From the IMG/VR virus record IMGVR_UViG_3300045988_134824, positions 72,744-136,743 of that record: a stretch of DNA of 64,000 nucleotides; one strand, given 5' to 3'. This document shows, one piece after another, positions 9,591 to 19,745 of this stretch. The DNA comes from a virus. A program made the translations under genes and the position numbers. Position 1 is the stretch's first letter. Every line of letters starts with the position of its first letter. Under the pieces are notes generated by a model, which worked only from the letters and a program-made list of their open reading frames with translations, was not told where the DNA came from and searched no databases.

Positions 9591-10307
9591 ATGGAAACAA
9601 ACAGTATTAAGATCGGAGAAAATGATTTACAAGTCAAAGAATGGAATGGGCAGAGAGTTGTTACATTCAAAGATATTGACAGAGTTCATCAAAGACCTGA
9701 CGGAACGGCACGAAAAAGATTTAATGATAATAAACAACACTTGTTGGAAAATGTTGATTATTTTAATCTTAAAAAATCAGAAGTTCTAATGTCCGAAAAA
9801 CGGACATTAGGATTTGATGTGCCAAATCGTGGACTTACTGTGTTGACAGAAAGCGGTTATCTGTTAATCGTGAAATCATTTACTGATGATCTTGCATGGG
9901 ATGTGCAACGGAAATTAGTTAATACATATTTTAAGTTCAAAGAAACAATGGAAAACTTACAACCTGTTGAGAATGGAATGGTTTTATCAACTGGAAAATT
10001 TGAAGAAGCTGTAGAAAGCATTGTATCTTGTGCAGACACATTTAAATCTATGATTGATTATTCAACGATCAATTATAAACAACAGCAGATTTTACTTAAG
10101 ACAGCCAGAATGAGAGTTGCGGATCTTTTAGGTGGTGCTAAATCACCTGAGTATAAGGAAAAGAGCCGAACATATTTTAAAAACTTATGGCAGAACTTTT
10201 GTTATAAGTTTGGATGTGGTTCTTATAAAGACCTTAATCCGCAATATATGGTTGGTGGAATTGCAGAGTTATGGATTTTACAATGGGAATATAAAGAACA
10301 TAAGTAG
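9591..10307 (+). CDS. phage antirepressor-like protein (KilA-N/ORF6N-type N-terminal domain)
   Basis: LQVKEWNGQRVVTFKDIDRVHQRPDGTARKRFNDNKQHLLENVDYF resembles ORF6N/Ant N-domain. Confidence 0.5.
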   Translation: METNSIKIGENDLQVKEWNGQRVVTFKDIDRVHQRPDGTARKRFNDNKQHLLENVDYFNLKKSEVLMSEKRTLGFDVPNRGLTVLTESGYLLIVKSFTDDLAWDVQRKLVNTYFKFKETMENLQPVENGMVLSTGKFEEAVESIVSCADTFKSMIDYSTINYKQQQILLKTARMRVADLLGGAKSPEYKEKSRTYFKNLWQNFCYKFGCGSYKDLNPQYMVGGIAELWILQWEYKEHK

Positions 10308-10410
10308 AATCGGAAACAATTAAATAAAAATACTTAGAAAGCGGTATCTATTATAGGTATCGCTTTTTGAGTTAAAAGAAAAGTTTTATCGCAGAATAGG
10401 AGCGGAAATT

Positions 10411-10605
10411 ATGAATACAGAAACAAAGCAGGAAATTATCGGAATTGTTATGTGTCACGGAGAGAATGATTATGGATACTGGGGAGGCTTTTCCTTGACA
10501 GAGGAAGAGGAAGAACAGATTTATGAGATCCTGATGCGACATGATACAGAAGGATGTTCTATTAGAGGGACAAGAAATGACATTGCAAACGAGATTAGAG
10601 AATAG
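10411..10605 (+). CDS. hypothetical small acidic protein
   Basis: ORF; RBS aggagcggaaattATG. Confidence 0.4.
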   Translation: MNTETKQEIIGIVMCHGENDYGYWGGFSLTEEEEEQIYEILMRHDTEGCSIRGTRNDIANEIRE

Positions 10606-10619
10606 GAGAGTGATTAGTT

Positions 10620-10850
10620 ATGGGAAACAATGAAGTAAAAAGAATCGCAAACATCTTATTCAATATGTCTTTAGACATGGGCTATGACACGTTTGTAGAT
10701 GATTATAAAGAAGATATGGAAATGTTGACTGAAAGCATTGGAAAATTATCTAAGGCAAATGATCCACTGTTTTATGTATTGCAGAATATTGCAGATAACA
10801 ACGCAGATATGGAAAATAGATTGGTCAATGCAGATGGATCTATTAATTAA
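10620..10850 (+). CDS. hypothetical protein (76 aa)
   Basis: ORF. Confidence 0.4.
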   Translation: MGNNEVKRIANILFNMSLDMGYDTFVDDYKEDMEMLTESIGKLSKANDPLFYVLQNIADNNADMENRLVNADGSIN

Positions 10851-10877
10851 TAGAATGTCAATTTTATCGTAGGAAGG

Positions 10878-11231
10878 ATGGAAATAATCATGAGAGTTTT
10901 AGTAGAATCAAATTATGGAACAACGACCAAACCAGATGGTCTTGGTGTAGTATGTAAATTGGTATGCAGCCCAGACTCAAAAAGAAATTTCTATTGGTAT
11001 GGAAATGATATGGAATTAAATAGTAGCTTAGGTCCCGACATCCGACAATGTGGAACACGAGAAGAATTGTTGGAAAAATTAAATAGACGAAAGAAAAATT
11101 ATGAAATACGATTACAAAATCTTTCTTCTGATTTATTTCTTAATCAAAAAGGCAAAGTGGTCTTTGAGAACTGTCTTAAGCAAGATATTCTTATGTATAA
11201 GACTTTTATTGAAGCACTAGAAAAACAATAG
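10878..11231 (+). CDS. hypothetical protein (ATG likely 10890)
   Basis: ORF; RBS ggaaggatggaaataatcATG. Confidence 0.45.
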   Translation: MEIIMRVLVESNYGTTTKPDGLGVVCKLVCSPDSKRNFYWYGNDMELNSSLGPDIRQCGTREELLEKLNRRKKNYEIRLQNLSSDLFLNQKGKVVFENCLKQDILMYKTFIEALEKQ

Positions 11232-11236
11232 GAAGG

Positions 11237-11443
11237 ATGGAAATTTACATGAAAAAATATATAATAGATGTTGTAGAAACATATAAGAGATCAGTTGAAA
11301 TTAAAGCAGAAACAGAGGATGAAGCAAGAAATATTGTAGCGGAAAAGATTAATACAGGAGATATTGATATTCCTTGTGATGGCGGTGGTTACGACTATGA
11401 GTACGAGTTATTTGCAAGTGAGGTAGAGGAAAGCGAAGTGTAA
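11237..11443 (+). CDS. hypothetical small acidic protein
   Basis: ORF; RBS ggaaggatggaaatttacATG. Confidence 0.4.
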   Translation: MEIYMKKYIIDVVETYKRSVEIKAETEDEARNIVAEKINTGDIDIPCDGGGYDYEYELFASEVEESEV

Positions 11444-11549
11444 TTTTTATGGACTGTTTACTACAGTCAGAGAAGATGATAATATATACATATTAGTTGA
11501 GATACAAGACAAACAAAAAACTTAAAGAACAGAGCAAAGGAGAGTAAAT

Positions 11550-11720
11550 TATGCCATTGGTTTTATTATTAATAATTATATTTATCGTTCCAGAGGACAC
11601 TTTGGAATATATGTTAGGAGCTATTTTAGGTGGTGGTTATGGAATTTTAATGGTTATAGCATTTGTTGCTATTCTGTATGGTATTTATAAGTTCTTTTCC
11701 GATCTTTGGAATGGAAGATA
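11550..11720 (+). CDS. small hydrophobic membrane peptide (56 aa), not in supplied ORF track
   Basis: ATG at 11550 with RBS aaggagagtaaattATG; MPLVLLLIIIFIVPE...MVIAFVAILYGIY two TM segments. Confidence 0.35.
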
Positions 11721-11755
11721 GAATGGAAAATATTATTTGATAAAGCAGATTATAT

Positions 11756-12295
11756 ATGGAAGGAGTTATGAATATGAATAAATTCAAGCATTATGGGAAA
11801 GATGTATGGGTTCAGACATTTACAGAAACAAACTGGGTAGATGGACTAAAGAAAAACGGATTAGAATATGTAGCACTTCCAGATCTTGAACATGAAGTAT
11901 ATAAATATGTTAAGAATGGAAAAGAGAGGTATGCTCTAATTCATTATCCTGATGTACCAGAGGAAGCTTTACAGGAAGTGTATATAATAGAAAAGATCCC
12001 TGATGATCTTAGTTGGGATAACATAATAGAAGATTACAGACAGCAGAGTAGAGGATATGAACCGATGAAACTGCCAACACGAGCAAGGCTATTGTACGAT
12101 AAAGCCGATCACATAGCATATGAATTGGAAAAAGAAGATCCAGATTTTGCTAAAAATTTTTGGCATAGACCTACAGGATATATTGATCCGAACCGATTTA
12201 AGTCGGCTCTTACTTTGCTTGGAACAAGTATCGAAGGGTTAATGGAAATGGAACATTCTGATACGCCAGAAATTGATGAACTAGAATTAGAATGA
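11756..12295 (+). CDS. hypothetical protein (179 aa)
   Basis: ORF. Confidence 0.45.
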   Translation: MEGVMNMNKFKHYGKDVWVQTFTETNWVDGLKKNGLEYVALPDLEHEVYKYVKNGKERYALIHYPDVPEEALQEVYIIEKIPDDLSWDNIIEDYRQQSRGYEPMKLPTRARLLYDKADHIAYELEKEDPDFAKNFWHRPTGYIDPNRFKSALTLLGTSIEGLMEMEHSDTPEIDELELE

Positions 12296-12316
12296 ATACA
12301 AATTAATATAGGTAAC

Positions 12317-12352
12317 TAGGACACTTATGGGAAATTCCAGAGTGTCTTTTTT
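12317..12352 (+). terminator. hairpin gacact..agtgtc followed by TTTTTT
   Basis: read directly after stop of previous gene. Confidence 0.35.
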
Positions 12353-12376
12353 AATACAAATTTTTACATAAGAAAG

Positions 12377-13741
12377 GTGGAATTAATTATGAATCTAAAC
12401 GAAATGGAAATCCCTTGCGATCCAATTTTGGATAAAGCAAAGAGGGATGAGTTAGTGCAGAACACAGAACTTTTAAAACAGGTTACAATCAAGCCGATCC
12501 CGTGGCTTCCTGGACGAGATTATATCACTACAGAACAGGTAGCACGATTCTTTGACGGGGATGTTGATGAAGTCAAGAGGTTGTGTACGAAGTATCGTAA
12601 AGAGTTTTTAGCAGATGGAATGGAAGTTAAGACAGTGCAGGAGATCATTGATGGTCAGAACGCAACAGCGGAAAAACAGAAGGGAAGAATCATGGTAACG
12701 TATCCGAACGGATTGAATATCTCATTCGGTTACAAGGGTGCTAAGGTGTTTACTCTTAAATGCTTGATCAGATTGTCTTTACTAATGGAAACTTCAAAAC
12801 TTGCCGAGAGCGTGAGGTATTATGTTTTCATTAATGATTATATCACGATAGAAGAGCAGAGAGAACAAGAGCAGGTAGAGGCAGGTGTGCAGCTTGTAGA
12901 CACAACGGAAATTTTAGGTAGAAGAATTGACTTATACAGAAGCATTGAAGATCCGTTATTCTTGGCAAGAGATGTTGCAGAATGGATTGATTATAGTAAA
13001 CGTCCTGATGGAAGTTATAAAACAGATATGATGTTACAGGTGATTGATTCAGAGGAAAAATATAAGACCAAAATCTTAACCGCCAATAATGTTGGCGGGT
13101 CAAATTTAGGTCAGATTGATTCTACGGGAAAGACTATTAATCCATTTTGGTTTCTGACAGAAGATGGACTCTATGAAGTGTGTATGCAGTCACGCAAGCC
13201 GATTGCAAAACAGATGAAGAAACAGATCAAAGAATACCTTAGAAACATCCGTAAGACAGGCGGTGCAGTTGACTTTGGAAAAGAATCACAGTTTATTGAA
13301 CACTATTTTCCATCATTCTCTGAAGATGTCAAGCTTGCAATGGTAACGGATCTGAGAACACAAAACAAGGAACTCAAAGAAGAAAATCAGAAGCTACAGA
13401 ATGATAATAAGCTATTAGCAGCGGAAATTTTGACGTGGGATGATCGCAATAAGATGAACGCTGGTATTAGGAAATTAGCTGCGGTTACAGGAACACAGTT
13501 CTCTGTTATGTGGAACGAGCTGTATAAGAACTTACAGTATAAATATCAGATTGATGTTAAGAAACGTGGCAAGAAACCATTTCTACAGTGGATTCAAGAA
13601 CATGAATGGGATAAGGTACTGAAAGTCTTTTGTGCAATGTGTGAAGCTAGAAACCTATCTCCAACAGATATGTTCCAACAGACGGCACCTGTGGAAAATT
13701 TATATGATAATGAAGATGAGGATGATGAAGTATGGAATTAG
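12377..13741 (+). CDS. Bro-N domain phage antirepressor-family protein
   Basis: FLARDVAEWIDYS...FLTEDGLYEVCMQSRKPIAKQMKKQI matches Bro-N signature; 454 aa. Confidence 0.55.
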   Translation: MELIMNLNEMEIPCDPILDKAKRDELVQNTELLKQVTIKPIPWLPGRDYITTEQVARFFDGDVDEVKRLCTKYRKEFLADGMEVKTVQEIIDGQNATAEKQKGRIMVTYPNGLNISFGYKGAKVFTLKCLIRLSLLMETSKLAESVRYYVFINDYITIEEQREQEQVEAGVQLVDTTEILGRRIDLYRSIEDPLFLARDVAEWIDYSKRPDGSYKTDMMLQVIDSEEKYKTKILTANNVGGSNLGQIDSTGKTINPFWFLTEDGLYEVCMQSRKPIAKQMKKQIKEYLRNIRKTGGAVDFGKESQFIEHYFPSFSEDVKLAMVTDLRTQNKELKEENQKLQNDNKLLAAEILTWDDRNKMNAGIRKLAAVTGTQFSVMWNELYKNLQYKYQIDVKKRGKKPFLQWIQEHEWDKVLKVFCAMCEARNLSPTDMFQQTAPVENLYDNEDEDDEVWN

Positions 13742-13977
13742 AACAGATTATTCATGTCTTTGAACAGTTCTGCGGAATATCTTTTGTGTTATATGTGATT
13801 GTTTTCCTAGCTTGGTTATCGCTAAGAAAAATTGATCGTGAACATAATAAGGTATATTTAAGCAAATATATAGACGTATTAGAGGAAATATTAGAAGCTA
13901 TTATGAAGCCTATGAAAGTAATTACGACATTATGGGTTATCGTAGCTTTCGGAATGCTTATTTATCAGCTGATTTAA
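13732..13977 (+). CDS. small two-TM membrane protein (81 aa)
   Basis: hydrophobic ISFVLYVIVFLAWLSL and VITTLWVIVAFGMLIY. Confidence 0.4.
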   Translation: MELEQIIHVFEQFCGISFVLYVIVFLAWLSLRKIDREHNKVYLSKYIDVLEEILEAIMKPMKVITTLWVIVAFGMLIYQLI

Positions 13978-13997
13978 TTCCATATAATAATTTTGGC

Positions 13998-14030
13998 AAA
14001 GAACCGAGTGGAAGGTTCTTTTTATTTTAC
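13998..14030 (+). terminator. rho-independent terminator (AAGAACC-gagtggaa-GGTTCTT + TTTTATTTT); second similar hairpin at 14045-14075
   Basis: stem-loop plus U-run read directly. Confidence 0.6.
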
Positions 14031-14299
14031 GGGAATATTTGACGAGAACCGATTTGGCAGGTCGGTTCTTTGTCAAATTTATTATACACAAACTAATGAT
14101 TCACTAAGCATATAATTGTTAATGGAAAGGGTGTTGATTACATAGAGAGCTAATAGGAATAGAATAGGTTTCGATTAGGATTGGCACACTAATAGTTGGA
14201 ATTAAATGTTGATTTTATTCCTATTGGTTTACGGAATACAGTTATACAAAAATAATGAGTGTAGAGAAAAATAAGACAGTTTAGAAAGGAAGATGAAGA

Positions 14300-15394
14300 A
14301 TGAACCTACAGTTAGTAAAAACGGAAAATTTTAATGATATAGCGTGTGATTTTTATAGTGCCGAGGACGATATTTGGATGACAAGAAAGCAGATCGGAGA
14401 GGCACTGGAATATGGAGATCCACAGAAAGCAATTGATAATTTGCACAATAGATATAGAGATAGACTGGATAAATATTCAGTTACCCTCAAACTGGGGGCT
14501 ACTGATAACAAGAAGTATGACACTACACTCTATAATGAACGTGGCGTGATGGAAATTTGTAGATGGAGCAGACAGCCAAAGGCAAACGCCTTCATGGATT
14601 GGGTTTGGGACGTGATTTCCTCTTATCGTCATGGAAATTTAAGAACAGGAACTCCCGTAACAACAGTGGAGCAATTTCTTACAGAACAGACAGAACTTAT
14701 GAGGCAGATGGAAAGAAACAATGAACGCCTATACAATGTTACTATCAAAGGTTTCAATCAGTTGGCAGACATTGTAAAAGAGATGAAAGCCGAACGGAAA
14801 GAATTATATAAGCAGATCGGTAAACCTACGAAAGATATTCCAGTAGTAGATATTGAAAGTGTTATTGCAGAATACAAACTTAACGAATGGAAATCCAACG
14901 TATATTCTATCATTAATGATATTCTAAAAGAATCTGACGAACTAGGAACCACTACTAGAGATATTCTTAGAGAGGCATACAGGTATCTTACTAACACATA
15001 TGGGATTGTGTGGGAACAGGATCGAAAAGAATACAAAGAGAAGTATAATATTGGAGAAAGAGGTAATGTCCCAACAATTGACCTTTGCTATGATAAATAC
15101 CCTGATCTGCTAGTTAATTCATTGGAAAAACTTCTGCGACAGTTCAGAAAAGAAAATGCACAGCCTGATTGGGAAGAAATGAAGATCAAGATTACCAATT
15201 ATGCTAATCATATTGGAAATAAGTCTAAAGGTGGAACGTCTGTTTATCGGAAAATCTACACTAAGATGACAGAGAATGGAGTTAACTGGGATGAATATGC
15301 TCATGGGTTGTCTAAATCTCAGCTTATTAAAACTAATGCAACTTTGTACAACAGATTTTACGAAGCAGCGGTGGAAATTATTTCAGAAGAATAG
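14300..15394 (+). CDS. Bro-N domain phage antirepressor-family protein (second paralog)
   Basis: N-terminal FNDIACDFYSAEDDIWMTRKQIGEALEYGDPQKAI...YNERGVMEICRWSRQPKANAFMDWVWDVI is a classic Bro-N pattern. Confidence 0.6.
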   Translation: MNLQLVKTENFNDIACDFYSAEDDIWMTRKQIGEALEYGDPQKAIDNLHNRYRDRLDKYSVTLKLGATDNKKYDTTLYNERGVMEICRWSRQPKANAFMDWVWDVISSYRHGNLRTGTPVTTVEQFLTEQTELMRQMERNNERLYNVTIKGFNQLADIVKEMKAERKELYKQIGKPTKDIPVVDIESVIAEYKLNEWKSNVYSIINDILKESDELGTTTRDILREAYRYLTNTYGIVWEQDRKEYKEKYNIGERGNVPTIDLCYDKYPDLLVNSLEKLLRQFRKENAQPDWEEMKIKITNYANHIGNKSKGGTSVYRKIYTKMTENGVNWDEYAHGLSKSQLIKTNATLYNRFYEAAVEIISEE

Positions 15395-15443
15395 AGAGGT
15401 GTGATATAATTATGACACAAAACGAAAAAGGAGTTGTCTCAAA

Positions 15444-15713
15444 ATGAATAAATTAGAAAAGAGAAAAGAAGAAGCTAAAGAATATAGGAAATTAGTTGAT
15501 AAATGTTTAGCTTTAATGGATAAATACGTGGGAATTACATTTGGTATTCCTGTATGGGTAGATCGTGGCTCTCATACACTAGAGTTTAAAAAGAATGGAA
15601 CTGATGAATGGAGACTCCTAACAAAAGAAGAAGTATCTAATATTATTGAAAAATATGAGGTATTAGATTCTGTAGCAACAAAAATTACAAAAGAAACCAA
15701 TATGGGATATTGA
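15444..15713 (+). CDS. hypothetical protein (89 aa)
   Basis: ORF. Confidence 0.4.
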   Translation: MNKLEKRKEEAKEYRKLVDKCLALMDKYVGITFGIPVWVDRGSHTLEFKKNGTDEWRLLTKEEVSNIIEKYEVLDSVATKITKETNMGY

Positions 15714-15751
15714 AATAAAACAAATATTCGATCAGAAGGAGTGATAGAAAA

Positions 15752-16108
15752 ATGAATATATTAACATTAAAAGGGAACGGAAAATCTAAATTTCTCAGTG
15801 ATTTTATTGATAGTTCTCGATCAGAAAAATGTTTTGTAATCATATTTGAAGATGAAAACATTTCTCGCAGTCTGTTTTCAAGATGTGATAATTTTATTTT
15901 AGATGATTCGCAGAGCATTAAAGAGGAAATGGAAAAATATTTAGGAATTGTTGAGAATTGGAGTGACAAACTGGAATATTTAATAATATATAGTATAGAT
16001 AAATCCGAAAAAGATATGATCAATTTGGATGTATATTATTTATTAAATCAGGTTAAAGATCAACCGTTCTTTAAAGAGCTAACTTGCATTGTAGCTTGTA
16101 AGGAATAA
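15752..16108 (+). CDS. hypothetical protein (118 aa)
   Basis: ORF with RBS. Confidence 0.4.
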   Translation: MNILTLKGNGKSKFLSDFIDSSRSEKCFVIIFEDENISRSLFSRCDNFILDDSQSIKEEMEKYLGIVENWSDKLEYLIIYSIDKSEKDMINLDVYYLLNQVKDQPFFKELTCIVACKE

Positions 16109-16123
16109 AGGAATTAAAAAGGA

Positions 16124-16627
16124 GTGATTAAAATGGAAAAATCTAAAGCATATACATCAGAAAAACCATATATGTGTGTTTACGAAACAAAAGAAGATGG
16201 TATTGGCTATGCGACATTTGATAATGAACAGAGTTTATTAGAATTGTTAAATGAGTGCAGAGAAAACGGAGATAAGATTTTAGATGCCTGCAAGGTTGAG
16301 GATCGTTATGAATTCAAAGATGGAAAATTTGAGTCTAAATATCAAAGAATGTATGGATATACAATTATCAAAGCGCTTAAAGATAAGAATAAGGAATTAG
16401 GTAATAAACTAAGAAAAGTAATTGATGAAAGGATCGCCATAGAAGAAAAACTAGCAGATACAAACATGCCGTATCAAAAATATATGTATTTATTGCGTGA
16501 TAAAGAGGATATTGAAAAAACAGAAGCAAAGTTAAGTCAAAGGAAACAAATCGTAAGAGATATGTTAGATGTCTGCTATGAAGCGGTATGGGAATGTGAC
16601 GATCGTATAGATAAAATGAAACTTTGA
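16124..16627 (+). CDS. hypothetical protein (ATG likely 16133)
   Basis: ORF. Confidence 0.45.
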   Translation: MIKMEKSKAYTSEKPYMCVYETKEDGIGYATFDNEQSLLELLNECRENGDKILDACKVEDRYEFKDGKFESKYQRMYGYTIIKALKDKNKELGNKLRKVIDERIAIEEKLADTNMPYQKYMYLLRDKEDIEKTEAKLSQRKQIVRDMLDVCYEAVWECDDRIDKMKL

Positions 16628-16647
16628 TAGAAAGGAAACGGAAATAA

Positions 16648-17376
16648 ATGGAAGAAAATATCAAAAAAGAAGGAGATTATGAAATCTCAGAAAATGCACT
16701 TGGAACATCATATAAACACCCATCATTTGGCATGTTGTCATTTAGGCGTACTCATGGTGGACACAGTAATTTGTTTGGTAGTAGTATTCAACATAATGAT
16801 ACCATCCACATGGTATTAAGAGAAGGAAAAGTTACTAGAGGATTAAATGAAGACTGGTATGTTGGTGGACATGAAATTATTGAAGTTGCAATGTCTCAGT
16901 CTCAATTTGCAGAAGTTATTACCTCAATGAATGTAGATGCTGGTGTACCTTGTACTATTAAATATATACAAGGCAAAGGACACATTGATGAAGCGGATTT
17001 TATTAATAAAAGACAGCAGATTACTAATGAATTTAAAGATTCTATGAATGATCATATGAACGACGCACAGGAATTTTATGATGAAGTAAAGGAGCTTTTT
17101 AGCACAAAGAAATCTATTAGTAAGGGTGACAAAGAAATGATTCTTAAAAAATTAGGAAGGATCACCAAATCAATGGAATCTGAATCAAAATTTATTTTCG
17201 ATCAGTTTCAAGAACAAATGGATAAAACAATTACAGAAGCTAAAGGCGAAATAGAAGCTTTTGCACAGAATAAAATTAATGCGATTGCTCAACAGGCTTT
17301 AGTAGAACAGAAAGAAGATATTCTCAAATTAGAGAACCCTGTTGATGTAAATCATATGGAGATTAATGAAGAATAA
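16648..17376 (+). CDS. hypothetical protein (242 aa)
   Basis: ORF. Confidence 0.45.
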   Translation: MEENIKKEGDYEISENALGTSYKHPSFGMLSFRRTHGGHSNLFGSSIQHNDTIHMVLREGKVTRGLNEDWYVGGHEIIEVAMSQSQFAEVITSMNVDAGVPCTIKYIQGKGHIDEADFINKRQQITNEFKDSMNDHMNDAQEFYDEVKELFSTKKSISKGDKEMILKKLGRITKSMESESKFIFDQFQEQMDKTITEAKGEIEAFAQNKINAIAQQALVEQKEDILKLENPVDVNHMEINEE

Positions 17377-17392
17377 AACGAAAATTTGATAG

Positions 17393-17779
17393 GTGGTGGT
17401 ACGAATGGTGGATTTGAATGATCACAAATGTACGTTTGAATATACAGATGATGAACTGTTGGAGCAGGGAAAGTTAGACATTCAGGTAAGATCACATGGA
17501 ATAAGAGACGATAGAACTTTTTTAGAACAATATATAGTCTTGGAAGAAATCGGCAAGCGATGGATTCGAGAACATGAAAATATGAAGAAAGAAAATATCG
17601 TGAGTAATCAGTTCAAAAGCTGGAGCGATGATAAGTTGTTGAAATTTTATAAGGAACGAAAAGAAATTTATAATGGAAATTTCCCTATCTCGTATATTAA
17701 TATGTTAGCGGAAATTTCTGATCGTTGGATTAAACAGAATGAAATTAAAGAGATAGAATTAGAAGAAGGTGCTAAATGA
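17393..17779 (+). CDS. hypothetical protein (ATG likely 17405)
   Basis: ORF. Confidence 0.45.
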   Translation: MVVRMVDLNDHKCTFEYTDDELLEQGKLDIQVRSHGIRDDRTFLEQYIVLEEIGKRWIREHENMKKENIVSNQFKSWSDDKLLKFYKERKEIYNGNFPISYINMLAEISDRWIKQNEIKEIELEEGAK

Positions 17780-18023
17780 GAAAACCAATAACAAAATGTC
17801 CGCACTGCGGAAGTGATCGTGGAATGGCTGTTAGGTTTAAAGCTACTGGAACCGATATATATATAGTTTTGATGGACATTTTCAAGATGAAGAAATTATT
17901 GAATGCTGTACATATAATAAATGTATGACATGCTGTGACTGTGGTAAACGTATAATGAGTTATGATGAATTTATGACACATTATGCAATTGATGAATTAA
18001 CAGGTAAGCATTTAAAACAGTGA
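17776..18023 (+). pseudogene. zinc-ribbon protein gene split by a frameshift at a (TA)5 run (17847-17857); not in ORF track
   Basis: Frame 1 from ATG 17776 gives MRKPITKCPHCGSDRGMAVRFKATGTDIYI.. Frame shift gives ..DGHFQDEEIIECCTYNKCMTCCDCGKRIMSYDEFMTHYAIDELTGKHLKQ* ending at 18023. Cys pairs on both sides. Confidence 0.35.
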
Positions 18024-18063
18024 AAGGAGAATTTTATCTCCACATATAGAGGGGAGCGATGCC

Positions 18064-18783
18064 ATGAGTAACACAGGATGGATTAAACTCCATCGGAAAA
18101 TTACAGATCATTGGCTATGGGAAGATAAACCATTTGCCAGAGGACAAGCAATGATTGACTTATTGATTCTCGCAGGTTATAATAATCAATCGAAATACGT
18201 TGATGGAAATTTAGAAACAGTTGGACGAGGATCGGTGGTTACTTCAATAAGAAGGCTATGTGATCGATGGGGTTGGAGTAATTCAAAAGTTGTCAAATTT
18301 TTAAAGATATTGGAAAACGACAGTATCATACATGTGAAAAGCGACACTAAAAAGACAGTCATAACAATAGTAAATTACAGTGTTTATCAAGGTTTTGTAG
18401 ATGAAAAAGCTACACAGAAACGACACCAAAACGACGCAGAAGCGACACATAAAAAGAAAGTAAAGAATAATAATAAATATAATAATAATATAAAGCGGTT
18501 CAGACCGCCTGATTACGAGCAAGTCTCCAGATATTGCCAGCAAAGAAACAATGGGATTGATCCAGAAGAGTTTGTGGATTATTACACAGCCAAAGATTGG
18601 ATGATGGGCAATAGTAAGATGCAAGACTGGAAGGCAGCAGTACGAAACTGGGAACGAAATCAGGCTAAGAAGAACGCTAAACAAAATCCAAAGGTAACGA
18701 ACCTTGCACACTTGGAATGTGATCATGATTATGATTTTGGTGCGTTGGAAAGACAGTTGTTTGAGAAGCAGATGACAGGATAA
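18064..18783 (+). CDS. phage replisome organizer / replication initiation protein (Phage_rep_org_N / DnaD-like)
   Basis: N-terminus GWIKLHRKITDHWLWEDKPFARGQAMIDLLILAGYNNQ...LCDRWGWSNSKVVKFLKILE closely resembles the phage replisome-organizer N-terminal family. Confidence 0.65.
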   Translation: MSNTGWIKLHRKITDHWLWEDKPFARGQAMIDLLILAGYNNQSKYVDGNLETVGRGSVVTSIRRLCDRWGWSNSKVVKFLKILENDSIIHVKSDTKKTVITIVNYSVYQGFVDEKATQKRHQNDAEATHKKKVKNNNKYNNNIKRFRPPDYEQVSRYCQQRNNGIDPEEFVDYYTAKDWMMGNSKMQDWKAAVRNWERNQAKKNAKQNPKVTNLAHLECDHDYDFGALERQLFEKQMTG

Positions 18784-18804
18784 GTTTGACGAAAGGATGG
18801 AAAA

Positions 18805-19269
18805 ATGTCAGAAAATATTTATATTCACTACGGAAGTGATAAGTTTGAGAAAGAGTTGTTTATGTCAATTGTGAACAGAAACATGATTAACAAACCATTT
18901 GGAGGTTTATGGGCATCGGATATAAAAGCGGATCAGCCGTGGGAGAAATGGTGTATTGATAATGATTTTAGAATTGATAAACTAGACAAAAACTTTAAAT
19001 TTACATTGGATGATTCGGCAAATATTGTTGAATGGACAGCGAAAGCCGATTTAAAGCAGGTTCCAACGCAAGATCTATCGGGATATCTCCCAGAATATTT
19101 ATTTGATACAATGGGCGTTGTGCCAGATTTTGAGAAGATGGTCGAAGATGGAGTTGATGCAATTAAGCTTAATTTATCCAAAGGTGATTATGAGTTATAT
19201 TATGAGTTTTACGGTTGGGATTGTGATAGTATTCTGATCATGAATCCTGATATTATTAGACCATTGTAG
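18805..19269 (+). CDS. hypothetical protein (154 aa)
   Basis: ORF with RBS. Confidence 0.45.
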   Translation: MSENIYIHYGSDKFEKELFMSIVNRNMINKPFGGLWASDIKADQPWEKWCIDNDFRIDKLDKNFKFTLDDSANIVEWTAKADLKQVPTQDLSGYLPEYLFDTMGVVPDFEKMVEDGVDAIKLNLSKGDYELYYEFYGWDCDSILIMNPDIIRPL

Positions 19270-19293
19270 AAATTGAATAACAGAATGAGATTG

Positions 19294-19320
19294 AGAAGCT
19301 TAGGGCTTCTTTTTATTTTG
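19294..19320 (+). terminator. rho-independent terminator (AGAAGC-ttagg-GCTTCT + TTTTATTTT)
   Basis: read directly. Confidence 0.6.
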
Positions 19321-19386
19321 CCTAAATTTAGAGAATAGGAGTAAGAATTATGGAATTAATCGAAGTAGAAATTAGACCAGAAGTAC

Positions 19387-19719
19387 GTGAACAGTGCAAT
19401 AATTAGAGAGGAGATTGGAACAATGAAATTATACGGAACAGTGAATACAGAGGTTGATGTGAGTAAATATAATATATTAATAGCTGCGGCTCAAATACTA
19501 TACGATGGACATCTATATGATAGTTGGGGAATTCATACAGAGTTATTGGAGTCAGATCATAGAGAAAATAACACTGGTAAAAGAGGATTATTTAAGGTTG
19601 AAGATATATCATATCATGGTTCCCCAGTATGGAAATATACATTAATTACTGATGATGAAAATGCAATAAATGATTTTCTGCTGGCACAGGAAATAGAAAA
19701 AGTAATTAAGAGAGTGTAA
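19387..19719 (+). CDS. hypothetical protein (110 aa)
   Basis: ORF. Confidence 0.4.
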   Translation: MNSAIIREEIGTMKLYGTVNTEVDVSKYNILIAAAQILYDGHLYDSWGIHTELLESDHRENNTGKRGLFKVEDISYHGSPVWKYTLITDDENAINDFLLAQEIEKVIKRV

Positions 19720-19745
19720 GAATAACTAAGAGAGGTGAGATTATC

